Of a stretch of DNA of 64,000 nucleotides, positions 11,835-25,621 are shown piece after piece (the first letter of the stretch is position 1; each line of letters begins with the position of its first letter). A program made the translations under genes and the position numbers. The notes beneath the pieces are model-generated. The model did not search any database and was not told the DNA's origin. It worked only from the letters and a program-made list of their open reading frames with translations. Source of the stretch: Octopus sinensis (lineage: Eukaryota); the NCBI RefSeq assembly GCF_006345805.1, contig NC_043021.1, positions 3,286,001 to 3,350,000 on the forward strand, written 5' to 3'.

Positions 11835-12358
11835 AGTTACAAATTGAGATAGGGTTGTAAATGCACCTTCCATGGATAACATATATCCATATACTGCTAG
11901 TGAAGCCCAACAAAGTTAATACATAAATTAATGATTGCGATGCAATCAATTCATTTGCTGTATTATATGGTCAAAGGTAAAATGATTTACCAACTATATA
12001 TTGACCTACCATAAAAGGCTAATATTGGTAAAATGAGACATACTTATCTACATGGCCGAAACAGCTGTAAGATGTAATCTATACTTATATTTACTTATAT
12101 TTATATTCTCTTTTATATATATTCTACTTATTATACAATATTATTCTTTTATGTACATTTTATTATGTACAACCCATGCTAGCATGGAAAGCGGACGTTA
12201 AATGATGATGATTCCTTTATGTACACTGATTTGTTCTGCTTTTTATATTTAACCCTACAGTCTCTAATGTGGTGGTTTAATAAAGTATGTGATTGAGTAT
12301 TATCTGGGAATTGATATTTGATTTAGATGTATTTCTCCATTTTCTTATCTTGTATAAA
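11835..12358. mobile_element. Penelope-like fragments in mixed orientation
   Basis: 11835-11990 matches 50990-51150; 12020-12075 matches 41035-41090 and contains the 3' half of a hammerhead (GGCC GAAA CAGCTG TA AGAT). Confidence 0.6.
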
Positions 12359-12438
12359 TAAATATATATATTAAGATAATATATATATATAATATATATA
12401 AATATATTAAAAATAAATATATAAATAAATATAAATAC

Positions 12439-12821
12439 ACACTACCGTCAGAAATTAATTAGCACCCTTGATTGCTCTTCACTCAAGGTATGTGCTGTCA
12501 CCTAGTGGCCATATCTCGAACTATTGCTTTGTTGCGAGTTCACTGTTGCGCAGAACGATGACGTAACTTTGTTTGCAGAGCATTTTGAGAGTCACAGCCT
12601 TATGATGTTGACATAGCAGTGCAACAACAACTTGGAGTGCGGAGTAGACAAACTTCCTTGTTTAATAGATATAGGTAGCGCCTCGCAAGGACCGAAATCA
12701 CACCATACTAAGTTTCTCATCGCGTAAGAACGTTTTGAACCAGCTCAGTAGATTAGATGTTAAATTTAAAACCTATTTAATGTAGAAATTGAGAAGTGCT
12801 AATTAATTTTCTACGCAAGTG
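12439..12821. mobile_element. Tc1/mariner-type MITE
   Basis: Imperfect TIRs CACT..CGT.AGAAA(A)TTAATTAGCAC / GTGCTAATTAATTTTCTACGCAAGTG in TA-rich flanks. Confidence 0.7.
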
Positions 12822-14898
12822 TATATATATATAAAATAATATAATATTAATAATATAATATAATATATATTAAATAAATATAAATATATAAATATAATAT
12901 ATATAATATAATAAATATATACTATATACATAAATAATTAATATCATATATAGGAATAAATATATATAAATATAAATAAAGTAAATGGATAATATATAGA
13001 TAGTAAAATAAATAATATATATATATAGATAAATTATAACTATATTATATAATAAATATATATATATAAATAAATATATATATATAAATAAATATAAATA
13101 TATATAATGTAAATAAGATATAGATATATAGAATAAAATATAAATTATATGATAATAATATCAATATATATATGTTAAATAAATATATATATATATGTAA
13201 ATAAATATAAACAAATATATGTAAATAAATATAAATAATATATATTAAATAAATATAAATTATATAATAAATAAATATATATATATTATAAAAATATCTA
13301 TATATACAAATAATATTATATATATAAATAATAAAATATATATAAATAAATATAAATATATATATATAAGTAAATATAAATATATATAAGTAAATAAATT
13401 ATAAATATATATATATATAGAGTACATATATAAATAATATATTATATATAAGTAAAATTATAAATATATATATATAATATAATAAATATATATAATTATA
13501 TATATAAATAAATATATAATATATATAAATAAATATAAATATATATAAATAAATATAATATCTATAAATAAATAATATATATATATAAAATAATAAATAT
13601 AATAATTATATAAATAAATAAATATAAATATAAATAAATAAATATATATATATAATAAATAAATATATGTATATATAAATAAATATTATAATATATATAA
13701 ATAACTATATATCTTGTACTAGATAATAAATATATATATGTATATATAAATTCCATAAATATAATGTATATATAAATAAAAAATATATGTATATATAAAA
13801 AATAATATATGTATATATAACATAACATAAGCTATCTTTATAATATAATAATAATAAATGTATATACATAGGAAATAAATAAATAAAGGGATATATAAAT
13901 ACATAAATTATGTCCTCGGATATAAATAAATAATATATGTATATATAAATAAATAAATATTGTATAGTATAAATAACTAAATAAATGTATATATAATAAA
14001 TAAATAATGTATATATAAATAATAAATAAATGTATATATTAATCAATAAATAAATGTATATATAAATATAAAATATATATAATAAATATATACCTAAATA
14101 TATATAAATATATATATATAAATATATATATAATATATAAAATATAAATATAACTATATATAAATTATATATATATAAATATATATATATAAAATATATA
14201 TATAACAATATATATATATATAAATATATATATTATATTATATATAAATATATATATATATAGATATATATATATATAATATATATATAATAATATATAT
14301 CTATAATACTATATATAATATCTATATAGATAATATATACTAATATATATATATATATATATATAAATATATATATATATCTATATATAATAGTATATAT
14401 ATATAAATATAGTATCTATATATTTATATATAAATATATATATATAATATATACTATAGTAAATATTTATCTAAAATATTATATATATAAATATATATAT
14501 ATATATAAATATATATTATAATATGAATATATATATATATATAATATAACTATATATATATTTATATAATCTATATATCTAAATATATATAATATATAAT
14601 ATCATATATAAATCGATATATATATATATAAATATATAATTTTATATATATAAATATATATATATAAATATATATATATAAATATATATATCTATATATT
14701 TATATCTATATATATAAATATATATATATATATAAATATTATATATATATATATATATCTATAATATTATAAATATATATATAATAATATATATAATACC
14801 TAAATATATATATATAAATATATAATAATCTATAATATATATATATAAATAATATATATATATACATATATATATATAAATATATATATATTAATGAT

Positions 14899-14930
<32 letters not shown>

Positions 14931-15085
14931 CTAAAATATATATATATATAACTATATATATATATATCATATATATATATATAAATAAATATAAGTATAT
15001 ATAATATATTATATATAAATAAATATATATATAAATAATATATATATATAAATAAATATATATATATAATAATATGTATATATAA
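12822..15085. repeat. ~2.3-kb degenerate (TA)n/(TAAA)n tract
   Basis: Almost exclusively A/T. Confidence 0.97.
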
Positions 15086-15091
15086 AAATCT

Positions 15092-15290
15092 CGTCCTGGC
15101 ACCTGTGTCAGTGGCACATAAAAAACACCATCCAAGCGTGGCCGTTCGCCAGCCTCGTCTGGCACCTGTGTCGGTGGCACATAAATCACCCACTACACTC
15201 TGGAGTGGTGGCGTTAGGAAGGGCATCCAGCTGTAGAAACACTGCCAATTTGACTGGCCTGGTGCAGCCTTCGGGCTCCCCAGACCCCAG
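15092..15290 (+). mobile_element. RTE LINE 3' end
   Basis: Two tandem units plus the RTE tail and (GAT)n. Confidence 0.85.
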
Positions 15291-15461
15291 TTGACCGTCC
15301 ACCCATGCTAGCATGGAAAGCGGACGTTAAACGATGATGATGATGATATATATATTATATAAAAATTATCTAAGTTTATTTAAGTTTATATATATAAAAA
15401 TATAAATATATATATATATATAAAATATATATAAATAATATATATATAAATATATATATAA

Positions 15462-15500
<39 letters not shown>

Positions 15501-15829
15501 TATATAAAAATATTTATTTATATATATACTATATAATATATATAAACACCACATTGGTATATATATATAATATATATATATACACACATATATGTATACG
15601 TACATACATACACTCCCACACACATAAAAGGAGACATGCTCGATAAAAAACGTAGAGTTTAATAATTATTAAAAGCAGAAATCGATGCAGTCTTAATTGT
15701 TGTTATGACATTTTACAAGTATGGCCTTGTACATACAAACATAAAACACACACACACACGCACACATGTGTGTATGCTAGATATAAATAGAGGGAGTTGC
15801 GAGTCAGGGGACAGATAGAGGCAAAAAGT

Positions 15830-16144
15830 GAGAGGAAGATAGATAGACCACAGAATGATGGATAGATAGGCAGAAAGTAAAATAGACAGACAGGAGAGAG
15901 GGAGAGAGAGAGGAGAGAGAGACAGCTAGAAAGTAAAATAGTTAGATAGAGAGATAGATAGATAGATAGCAAGAAAGTAAGATAGATAGATAGATAGATA
16001 GCCAAAAAGATAGATAGATAGCCAAAAGATAGATAGATAGCAGAAGATAGATAGAATATATAGCCAGAAGATATAGATAGATAGAAATAGATAGATAGAT
16101 AGATAGATAAGATAGATAGATAGATAGATAGCCAGAAAGAAATC

Positions 16145-16216
<72 letters not shown>

Positions 16217-16300
16217 CCAGAAAGATAGATGGATAGATAGCCAGAAAGATAGATAGATAGCCAGAAAGATAGATAATAGATAGATAGATAGATTTATATA
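15830..16300. repeat. (GATA)n/(GA)n compound microsatellite
   Basis: Direct reading. Confidence 0.95.
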
Positions 16301-17360
16301 TGACTAGTCTTTCGGAATAGCTGTATGTTTGCATGTCTTTATACATACATGCCCTTTTTGGGGGGTTTTTATCCAAATTTCTATGATGTTATTTCAATTA
16401 TTTTTCTTCTAGATAGATAAAGAGAGTAGGACAGACAGACAGACAGAAAAATAGCACAGCAGACAGAAAGCGTGACAGACGGGTAGATAGGACAAGAAAG
16501 GCAGATATACAGCAGATGATGATGAGACAGACGACAGCAAGACAGATATACAGTCAGATAGTGGGGCAGACGACAAGCCAAATAGACAGCACAGATCGAT
16601 ATATAGATAGATAGATCTGTTTCAATTTTTAACGTATAGTCTCTGACATGATACGTAAATTATGGTTGTTGACGATGTTGGTTTTTAGCCAGACAGCGAC
16701 TGCAACTAGTTGTCGGAAATCTCTCATGCTCACCACACATCACACACACACACCGCATCTGCATCTGCATCCATACAAAACCGTTCACGTCTTCATAGAT
16801 TTTTCAGCCATTCAGTCAAGTCATGGTTGTCTCCAAAAAAGACGAAGAAAAATGGAGAAAGACAAAAAAAGTTTGAATGGAATCGATGACGAAATAAATT
16901 TCAATATATGTGTGAGTGTGTGCGCGCGTGTATTATATATATATATATATATATATATATCTATATATATATAATATATATATATATATATTATAAAAGG
17001 AAAAGCGTGGGTAATATATAAAATCTGGGGTGGAAAAAAAATGTGTGAAGAGATGACAAATGTGTCTGTCGTCTGTTTGAAGAGGGAGGATAATCATCTG
17101 TTGAGAAAAATGTGTCGTGTGTCTGTCATTGTAAGAAAAAGAATTGAAATAACATCATAGAAATTTGGATAAAAACCCCAAAATAGGGCATGTATGTATA
17201 AAGACATGCAAACATAGAGCTATTCCGAAAGACCAGCCATATATAAATATACATATATATATATGCACACGCGCGCGTGCAGACATACCTATATATACAT
17301 ACACACACGCAGACAGACATGAATTCATACACCAACTGCTTTGTGTTCAATAATTTGAGA

Positions 17361-17402
<42 letters not shown>

Positions 17403-17596
17403 GAGAGAGAGATGGGGGAGAAAGTGAGAAATGTCCATACATATAAAAACATATACACACACACACATATATATATATATATATTAAAATATCCATGAAG
17501 GAATTTAAACACCTGAACGCAGAAGGAATCTAATCAACTAAATAAAAACCTTTAAAAATTTTTGAGAAAAAAAAAATAGACATAAATGGAACTACT

Positions 17597-17647
<51 letters not shown>

Positions 17648-18414
17648 CTATTGTTTATAAATCAATCAGTAAATTGAGAGAGCTTTATCGATTACGTAAG
17701 ATCCCTTGAATATTCGAATGTAGCAGAGATATTGGTGTGGCATTTTTGTGTGATTATTATTATTATTATTATTATTATTATAATTTTTTAATTAAAAAAT
17801 AGTGTTGAAATAAATACATGAAATATCTCCCCCTGAAAGTAAAAAAAAACTAATCAAATCGATACTACAGAAAAAAGAGAAATCAATCAATCAACATATT
17901 TTGTCTGTTGATAAGTAAAGTATTATGCAAAGTAAAAATGGTAATAATAAAATAGCAGTAAGTAAGAAGGAAACTGCTGTGTCTGTGTCTTGTTTCTTCT
18001 CCTCCATAGTTATAAAACGTGGTGCAAGGAGAGACAAGCTTCTCTTTTCTCTGTTCATTCTTCGTATAAAAGCTCGGTCGTCGACAAAGAGTAAGGAATG
18101 AAGAAAGAAAAAAAAAGGCCGTCATCAATCAAATCTTTCACATGTAACAAACAAACACCGTTAAATATTTATTGTGGAACAGTTTTGTGGGATTCGAAAA
18201 AAAATCCATCCAGCAGCGCTGACACGAAAACCAAATAAATAATTAATAATAATAATAATAATAATATCATTGCTAATATATAATATATAAATGGTTTTGA
18301 TTTTGGCACAAGGCCAACTATTTTTTCAAAAAATTTCTTTTAAGGAGAATGGGGGAAAAATCAGGCGATATCAGAGAATAGGACAAATACCAGAGACAAA
18401 TAGGACAAATCACC

Positions 18415-18545
18415 CAAGTATTTAACTGGTACTTTTATTTTATCGACCCCTTCAAAAAGGATGAAAGGCAAAGTTAACCTCGGCTGGGATTTGAACTCAG
18501 AACGTCAAGAGGTAACGAATTGGAACATCGCAAGGCATTTTTTTC
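18415..18545 (-). mobile_element. SINE family B fragment, diverged
   Basis: ATCGACCCC...GGATGAAAGGCAAAGT...TTTGAACTCAGAACG matches the reverse complement of family B. Confidence 0.7.
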
Positions 18546-19635
18546 TGACGTTCAAACAAATTCTTCTTGTAACCTATCGCCCTAATTATAATATTTTTGT
18601 GCTTTTCTCAGCCGGAGGGTCCTTTATAATAAATAAATAATGCTTGGATTATTAGTCTTTCCAGTGAGAGAGAAAGAGTCACCAGTAGTAATTAATAATA
18701 ATAAGCAAGAATTAGGGGGGGGGGGGCTCGGCTTCCTTGTGGCCCAGTTCACATTATTTATTTTATTTTTCCTCAGATTCCACGTTGTGAAATCTCAGTG
18801 AAATTCCTCCTCTTATGGCGTATTTAGAAGAAAAAAGCAAAAGAAAAAAGAACAAGAAAAACCGAAATTGCACCTTCGCTTTCTCTCGTTCCAGCAATCA
18901 TTATTTAAAAACAGTTTACACAAATTCCACATATCTAAATAATCCGAGCATTTATTTGGCTCCTTTTAAAATCGATACATCGATATTCAAATAGCCATAT
19001 ATCATCATCATACATGATGATGACAGACGGCCAAATCGCTTCGCTTTTTGCCCTTCTTTCCCCCTTCTAAACGCCATCAAAACAAACCGGCCTTTGCGCT
19101 GTTTATATCATATTTTTTTTCCGCCTCGCCGTTAAATGCATTTTTGCCTTCTTTTTTTCCCCCGCCGCCTCTTGAATTAAATATCATTAAGGAATGTATG
19201 TATATACGAAAAGAAGAAACGGTCATCTGAGAATCAAATGGGTGTAAGACTTACGGTGAATACGTAACATTTTCCAAGGGTTTCCGAGCCGCTCTCTGTT
19301 CCTTAACGAGAACCCAGGGACTGTTGTTGTTGTCATGTGTGTAAACTCGGATAAGAATAAACATGCGTCTCTCGCAGTTATCTGCCCTTGGTTTCTAATG
19401 GCATAGAAAGGGAGAGGCGGCGGGGGAAACGGATGTAGAAATCAACTGAAAGCAAAAGTAGAAGCAAAAGAATAAATAAATGAATCAATAAAATATATTA
19501 AAATATTTTCTATGGAAGACCAACGAGAATATAATCATATAATCCTCACAGAAAACTACTTCACCGCATGGAAATGATATAAAAAAAGATAGCAACACTT
19601 TTTTTTCCTTTCTGTCAATTGTTAAGATCTTGTTG

Positions 19636-19860
19636 CGAGCTAGTAGAAACGTTAGCACGCCGGGCGAAATGCGTAGCCGTATTTCGTCTGTCGTTACGTT
19701 CCGAGTTCAAATTCCGCCGAGGTTGACTTTGCCTTTCATCCTTTCGGGGTCGATAAATTAAGTACCAGTTACGCACTGGGGTCGATGTAATCGACTTAAT
19801 CCCTTTGTCTGTCCTTGTTTGTCCCCTCTGTGTTTAGCCCCTTGTGGGTAGTAAAGGAAT
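19636..19860 (+). mobile_element. tRNA-derived SINE family B (~230 bp)
   Basis: A-box-like TGGCAGAAACGTTAGC consensus, B-box GAGTTCAAATTCC, tail GTGGGTAGTAAAGAAATA. Confidence 0.9.
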
Positions 19861-20026
19861 ATATATTCTTTCACACAGACCAGCCAACTTGGGAGTTAAA
19901 ACTGAGAAGCCCGGACAAATGGCGTGTTGTTATTCGTCACTGTGATTCTATAATTATGTACCCAGGTATAACTCAAGCTTTCGTGAAGAAAAAAAAAAAC
20001 GGACAAAAAAACATGGTGTGTATCTC

Positions 20027-20275
20027 TCTTTTACTCTTTTACTCCTTTACTTGTTTCAGTCATTTGCCTGTGGCCATGCTGGAGCACCGCCTTTAGTCCA
20101 GGACTTATTCTTTGTAAGCCTAGTACTTATTCTATCGGTCTTTTTTGCCGAACCGCTAAGTTACGCGGACGTAAACACACCAGTATCGGTTGTCAAGCGA
20201 TGTTGAGGGGGGGGACAAATACAGACACACAAACATATACACATACATACATACATACATACATACATACATACA

Positions 20276-20309
<34 letters not shown>

Positions 20310-20720
20310 AGGCGGCGAGCTGGCAGAAACGTTAGCGCCCCGGGCGAAATGCTCAGCGGTATTTCGTCTGTCGTTATGTTCTGAGTTCAAATTCCGCCGA
20401 GGTCGACTTTGCCTTTCATCCTTTCGGGGTCGATAAATAAAGTACCAGTTTCGCACTGGGGTCGATGTAATCGACTTAATCCCTTTGTCTGTCCTTGTTT
20501 GTCCTCTCTATGTTTAGCCCCTTGTGGGTAGTAAAGAAATACATATATACATATATACGACGGGCTTCTTTCAGTCTCCGTCTACCAAATCCACTCACAA
20601 GGCTTTGGTCGGCCCGAGGCTATAGCAGAAGACACCTGCCCAAGGTGTCACGCAGAGGGACTGAACCCGGAACGATGTGGTTCGTAAGCAAGCTACTTAC
20701 CACACAGTCACTCCTACGCC
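20027..20720 (-). mobile_element. SINE family A, interrupted by a family B copy
   Basis: 3' half 20027-20240, (ACAT)n, inserted SINE B, then 5' half 20545-20720. Confidence 0.9.
20310..20541 (+). mobile_element. SINE family B nested in SINE A
   Basis: Full GGCGGCGAGCTGG...AAAGAAATA; ACATATATA on both sides. Confidence 0.92.
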
Positions 20721-21061
20721 TATAAAATTTGATAAGAACTTTTTATAAGAAGTTGCATAAGCCATTTTAAAAATAAATTATGCGTTATTTTTTCCGTGAC
20801 CCCCCCCCATCACACTTTTTTTTTTACATGAAAACCTCTCTCCCTAAAACAATTATTTTCATTGATGTCCTATTAAAATAGCAAAATTAAAGTAGCAAGA
20901 GTCGTCTGTAAAAGATAGACGCATGTATAATAGCTGTGTGTTCCTTCGCAATCAGGAAGTTTCGGGTTCAGTCCTACTGGGTGACACCTTCGGCAAGTAT
21001 CTTCGGGCCATAGCCAACCACCAGTACGGCCGATGCCTTGTGAGTAATCTGGCGGACGGAA

Positions 21062-21119
<58 letters not shown>

Positions 21120-21414
21120 TGTGTGTATGTGTGTGTGTGTGTGAATATAAATCCAACTAATAAGAAGACAAAGAAATCCTTTAACACATCTTTAAAGATC
21201 CGTTACAATTGTTTCTGTACCAACTGTGTTTGCAACGCCAGTTTAGGCAAAAATAAATTCGAAATGAAAATGTAACGTAATGCTTGCGATTTTAGATGTT
21301 AAAGTGGCACTTCACTTCATCAGACTTGCATGAAAAGGTGCGCTCTTACATTGTACGTCTTCCAGGCATTGTTTGTTTGTTTGTATCGAGAAGAAACAAA
21401 AAGTAAATAAAAGG

Positions 21415-21742
21415 AAGAAGACGAAGAAGAAAAGAAGAAGAAGAAGAAGAAGAAGAAGAAGAAGAAGAAGAAGGAAGAAGAAGGAAGAAGAAGAAGAAGA
21501 AGAAGAAGGAAGAAGAAGAATGAAGAAGAAGAAGAAGAAGAAGAAGAATGATGAAGAAGAAGAAGAAGAAGAAGGAAAAAGAAGGAAGAAGAAGAAGAAG
21601 AAGAAGAAGGAAGAAGAAGAAGAAGAAGAAGAAGAAGAGAAGAGAAGAGAAGAAGAAGAAGAAGAAAAGAAGAAGAAGGAAAAAGAAGGAAGAGAAGAAG
21701 AAGAAGAAGAAGAAGAAGAAGAAGAAGAAGGAGAAGAAGAAA
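21415..21742. repeat. (GAA)n purine tract, ~330 bp
   Basis: Direct reading; explains the poly-K/E/R/F/S ORFs in the track. Confidence 0.98.
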
Positions 21743-22113
21743 TTTCTTGACAACGTTTCAATTAAAGTCTAAATTCTAGGATTCTGCTTGGATCTTTTCT
21801 ATTTGGTTGCCGCTTTTAATTTCTTCAACTTTTGTTCCAATTTGATTTCATATTTAGTGTGATGATGTAGTTTGGTATGGTAATCATTGATATGAAATTC
21901 ATTTTCGCCATAAATCAATAAATAAAGAGTTAATAGTTTTCAAAATTTACAAATTTACAAATTTTGGGTAATTTTAGCCAATTGAAAGTCATAGATATAT
22001 AAGAGCCTGTTTTTCATAGTAACAAGCCAAGCTGTTACCAAGCTGCTTGTCCACGTGGTCATTTTTCGCTTATTTGATGATTAAAACACATGAGGTATAA
22101 GTTGGTCGTGAAA

Positions 22114-22341
22114 GGCGGCGAGCTGGCAGAAACGTTAGCACGCCGGGCGAAATGCTTAGCGGTATTTCGTCTGCGTTACGTTGTGAGTTCAAATTCCGCC
22201 GAGGTCGACTTTGCCCTTCATCCTTTCGGGGTCGATAAATTAAGTACCAGTTACGCACTGGGTCGATGTAATCGACTTAATACCTATGTCTGTCCTTGTT
22301 TGTCCCCTCTGTGTTTAGCCCCTTGTGGGTAATAAAGAAAT
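22114..22341 (+). mobile_element. SINE family B with 19-bp TSD
   Basis: TSD AGGTATAAGTTGGTCGTGA at 22093-22111 and 22342-22360. Confidence 0.95.
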
Positions 22342-22699
22342 AGGTATAAGTTGGTCGTGATATGTACTAAAATAATAGTTAAATAAATAGGTTTTAAATC
22401 ACGCAACAAAATTTTTTTTTGGGGGGGGTGTATAATCTTGTGGATTCCGGTGTGTAGAATACAATTTCGCAAAAATGTTCTGAAAATTCAAAGAAATAAA
22501 ATTAAAATGTTATGAGAGGTTATATGGTGTGCGTAAAGCAGAATTCGCCAATATTTCATTTGTTTGCGGTTGACAACACGCGCTGTCACGTGCAAAATGA
22601 CAGCTTGCAAATCCTGTTTTCTGACTTGGTAAAAATTATCAAACTTTAATAAACCTCTTAAACTTATGTGAAATATGAGAAAAAGCAGTAAAATATGCA

Positions 22700-22820
22700 T
22701 TTTACGTGCCACCTGCACGGAAGCCAGTCGAGGCGGCACTGGCTTCGGCCACGATTCGGATGGTGCTTTTTACGTGCCACCGACACGGAAGCCAGTCGAG
22801 GCGGCGCTGGCATCGGCCAC
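22700..22820 (-). mobile_element. RTE 3' UTR tandem units without tail
   Basis: TTTTACGTGCCACC...CATCGGCCACGA units. Confidence 0.75.
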
Positions 22821-22849
22821 GAAGACTATAAACCAGACTAGCAACATCT

Positions 22850-23390
22850 CCATCAATGATTTAACGGTTTCCCCTATATTGACGAGGAATGTTACAGGTA
22901 TCTAGGGTCGGATGAAAACATATCTTACAATGGTACCTATAACAAAACACGTGACACTAAAGAATATTAAAGCTGGATAAAGAAAATTTGGACCTCAGAA
23001 CTCGCTGCATTCAATAAAACAGTGGCCCACAATGTGTTTGCGGTGCCAGTACTCATACCAACATTTGGGCTGCTTGATGCGATCCGAGCCATTGATGTGA
23101 AAACCCGAAAAATACTAACAAGCACACATAATTTCCACATCAACAGTGACGTAGACCATCTCTACATAAAACGAAAACAAGGCGGCAGAAGCCTAACATC
23201 GGTCCAAAATGCCTTTCAATGTCGCATCATATTCCTTCGGTAACATCTTTTAACCACCAAGTGTCGAAGTCCATTCTTTGACCAAGTTTGCATACTTGAG
23301 GCTGATAACATCATAACACTTGGAGGGCAGCTCCTTAAGCAACACTTTTTGTCTGATAACCTAGAAAACATTCCCAAAGAAGTCGCAATT
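22850..23390 (+). pseudogene. R4/Dong-clade LINE RT C-terminal fragment
   Basis: CYRYLG, FNKTVAHNVFAVPVLIPTFG, AIDVKTRKIL, SDVDHLYIKRKQGGRSL. Confidence 0.85.
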
Positions 23391-23404
23391 AAGAAAAAAA
23401 AATT

Positions 23405-23677
23405 TAGGGTTAGGGGGAGGGAGAGGGTTAGTTACAGGATGTTGTCTCAGTTTTAGACGCAGCAAATGTTGTTTACCTAAATGGAGGTAATCGATTGGTT
23501 AAAATTGCCGAAATGCTCGGATTTTCAGACGAAATATGTTACAACATATAGAATTTTCTCAATAAAGCCAAGAAAAAAATGATGTTTTATAGACACATTT
23601 TACCAGTATACGAAGTTTTAAAGTGTTTAGTTAACTAGAAATTGTGTTGAAATCTGGCCTTCAAAAGGAAAAGATCC
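23405..23677 (-). mobile_element. Diverged partial copy of the GGATC-TIR MITE
   Basis: Ends GAAAAGATCC; internal segment is the reverse complement of 24470-24560. Confidence 0.65.
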
Positions 23678-23716
23678 ATGTTAGTTTCAGGAAAACGAAA
23701 GGTAAAAGAAAGGTGA

Positions 23717-23747
<31 letters not shown>

Positions 23748-24119
23748 ACTCTATCGCAAATGTTAGTTTATTCATATCTTCTTGTTGGGCTCCCGTCATT
23801 TAGTGTGCTGTCTCTGAAGTTCTAAGTTCGTGGAATCCCATCCGCAAATGAATTCAAGGAAAAAACTGTTTTACAGCGAACACGATAGGGTCCGGTGAGC
23901 AAAGACTTAAACGTGACAGTCAAAGAAAAAACTGTTGATGTAAAGTCATACATAAAAGAAATACTAAAATTTTTTTCCCCAGCACACTCGCCAAGCTAGA
24001 GAGACGTTAGACGGATCACGTGACTTTTAAGAGAAGCAGACGTTGTCTGGCTGCCATATACTTTCCCCAACGAGACGGGAAGACGTGTCACTGCGACCCA
24101 ATGCGGTGATTATGTTTTT

Positions 24120-24360
24120 ACCTCTTATTTTTAATCTGTTTCAGTCATTGAACTGTGGCCACGCTGGAGCATCATCTCGAAGGGTTTTAGTCGAACTAAT
24201 CGGCCCTAGTACTTTCGTTTCTTTTCGTTTTTTTTTTAATTTTCTTTTAAGACCAATATTTATTCTATGTTTTCCACTAAGTTACAGGGAGATAAACCAA
24301 CCAACATCAATTGTCAAGCTGCAGCTGAGGGTGGGTAACAAACACAGACTGAGAGGCATA
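24120..24360 (-). mobile_element. SINE family A 3' half, diverged
   Basis: TGTTTCAGTCATTGAACTGTGGCCACGCTGGAGCA motif. Confidence 0.7.
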
Positions 24361-24421
24361 TACAGACGGACACATGCACGCGCGCACACACACACACAAA
24401 CAAACCTAACGTCAAGCTGCC

Positions 24422-24828
24422 GGATCTTTTCGGTTTTAACATAATTTCTAGGTAACTAAAAAATTTTAAACTTCGTATATTGGTAGAATGTGTTTATAAA
24501 ACATCTTTTTCTCTTGGCTTTATTGAGAAAATTCTATAGTTTGTAAGATATTTGTTGTTGTTTTTTTCTTCAATTTCTGCAGTTTCAACCAATCAGTGAC
24601 ATCTATTGAGTTAAAAAACATTCTGTGCCGTATGAATATGTCCCTCGTTTAAGAAACAGATTGGGTTTATTTACATTTCTGAAGAAAAAACGATAAACTT
24701 CCCCCCACTCCTAACCCTAACCCTAAAACAGATTGAAATGCAATAGATCGATACTAGGGTCATAATTATGGGTGATAATTTCATATGACACCGCTAGAAA
24801 AAAACTGCCGTTCAAACCGAAAAGATCC
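24422..24828. mobile_element. MITE with GGATCTTTTCGGTTT TIRs and 8-bp TSD
   Basis: Perfect 15-bp TIR; TSD AAGCTGCC at 24414-24421 and 24829-24836. Confidence 0.92.
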
Positions 24829-25454
24829 AAGCTGCCTTTTACAGATCACTTCTTGCGCAGTTTTCGAAACCTGAGAAAAATAAGTAGAGGTGCAAATTTT
24901 GATTCTGCAACCCTAAACAATTTTAGGAGGTGCACTGGCACCTCCTGCATTCCCTGTTCCCGGGCCCACGTACCGAGCTACCAATTTCGGCATAGAACGA
25001 GTACAGCGCAGATTTGTTAGCTTGTAATTCGGAGCCACGCTCAACAAGTGAAGACTATTTTCACCTGTCTCAATCGAGGGAATAAAGGTGTTGTGGTACT
25101 CATCGTTTTACAATAGATTTATATCTTTGCGACTTATGCGTGCGAAAAATTAATCTGTTTGACCGCATAACAACAGGTTCGTTGATTCTTTGAAGGTATT
25201 GTTTTCTGTTATTCAATCCTTTTCTTGTGAGAAAAAAAATTTCTTTCATTATTCTTTTCATTATACTTTTATTTGAGAATAATTCTTTTTTTTTCACTAA
25301 ATTCGTATAATTTTCTTATAATAAAAAAACAACTAAGAAGGACCTCTATTGTTCTCATTGTCTACCGTAGAGACGTTCCCATGGCAACGGATAGTTGTGA
25401 CTGCGGTAAGTCAGCCATAAAGGTTTTTGGCCGGCTAAAACTACATAATTTGCA

Positions 25455-25621
25455 GAACCGCTAAGTTACGTGGACATAAACGCACCAACATCGGTCGCCA
25501 AGGCTTTGTCCGGTCTGAGGCCAAAGTAGAAGGCACTTGCCCAAGGTGCCAGGCAGTGATACTGAACCCGGTACCTTGTGGTTGGGAAGCAAGCTTTTTA
25601 CCACACAGCCACGCCTGCGCC
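25455..25621 (-). mobile_element. SINE family A, internally deleted
   Basis: GAACCGCTAAGTTACG joined to CCCAAGGTGCC...CCACACAGCCACGCCTGCGCC. Confidence 0.75.

Noticed and set aside
21312-21772. Poly-K/E/R/F/S ORFs
   Set aside because: Translations of the (GAA)n tract.
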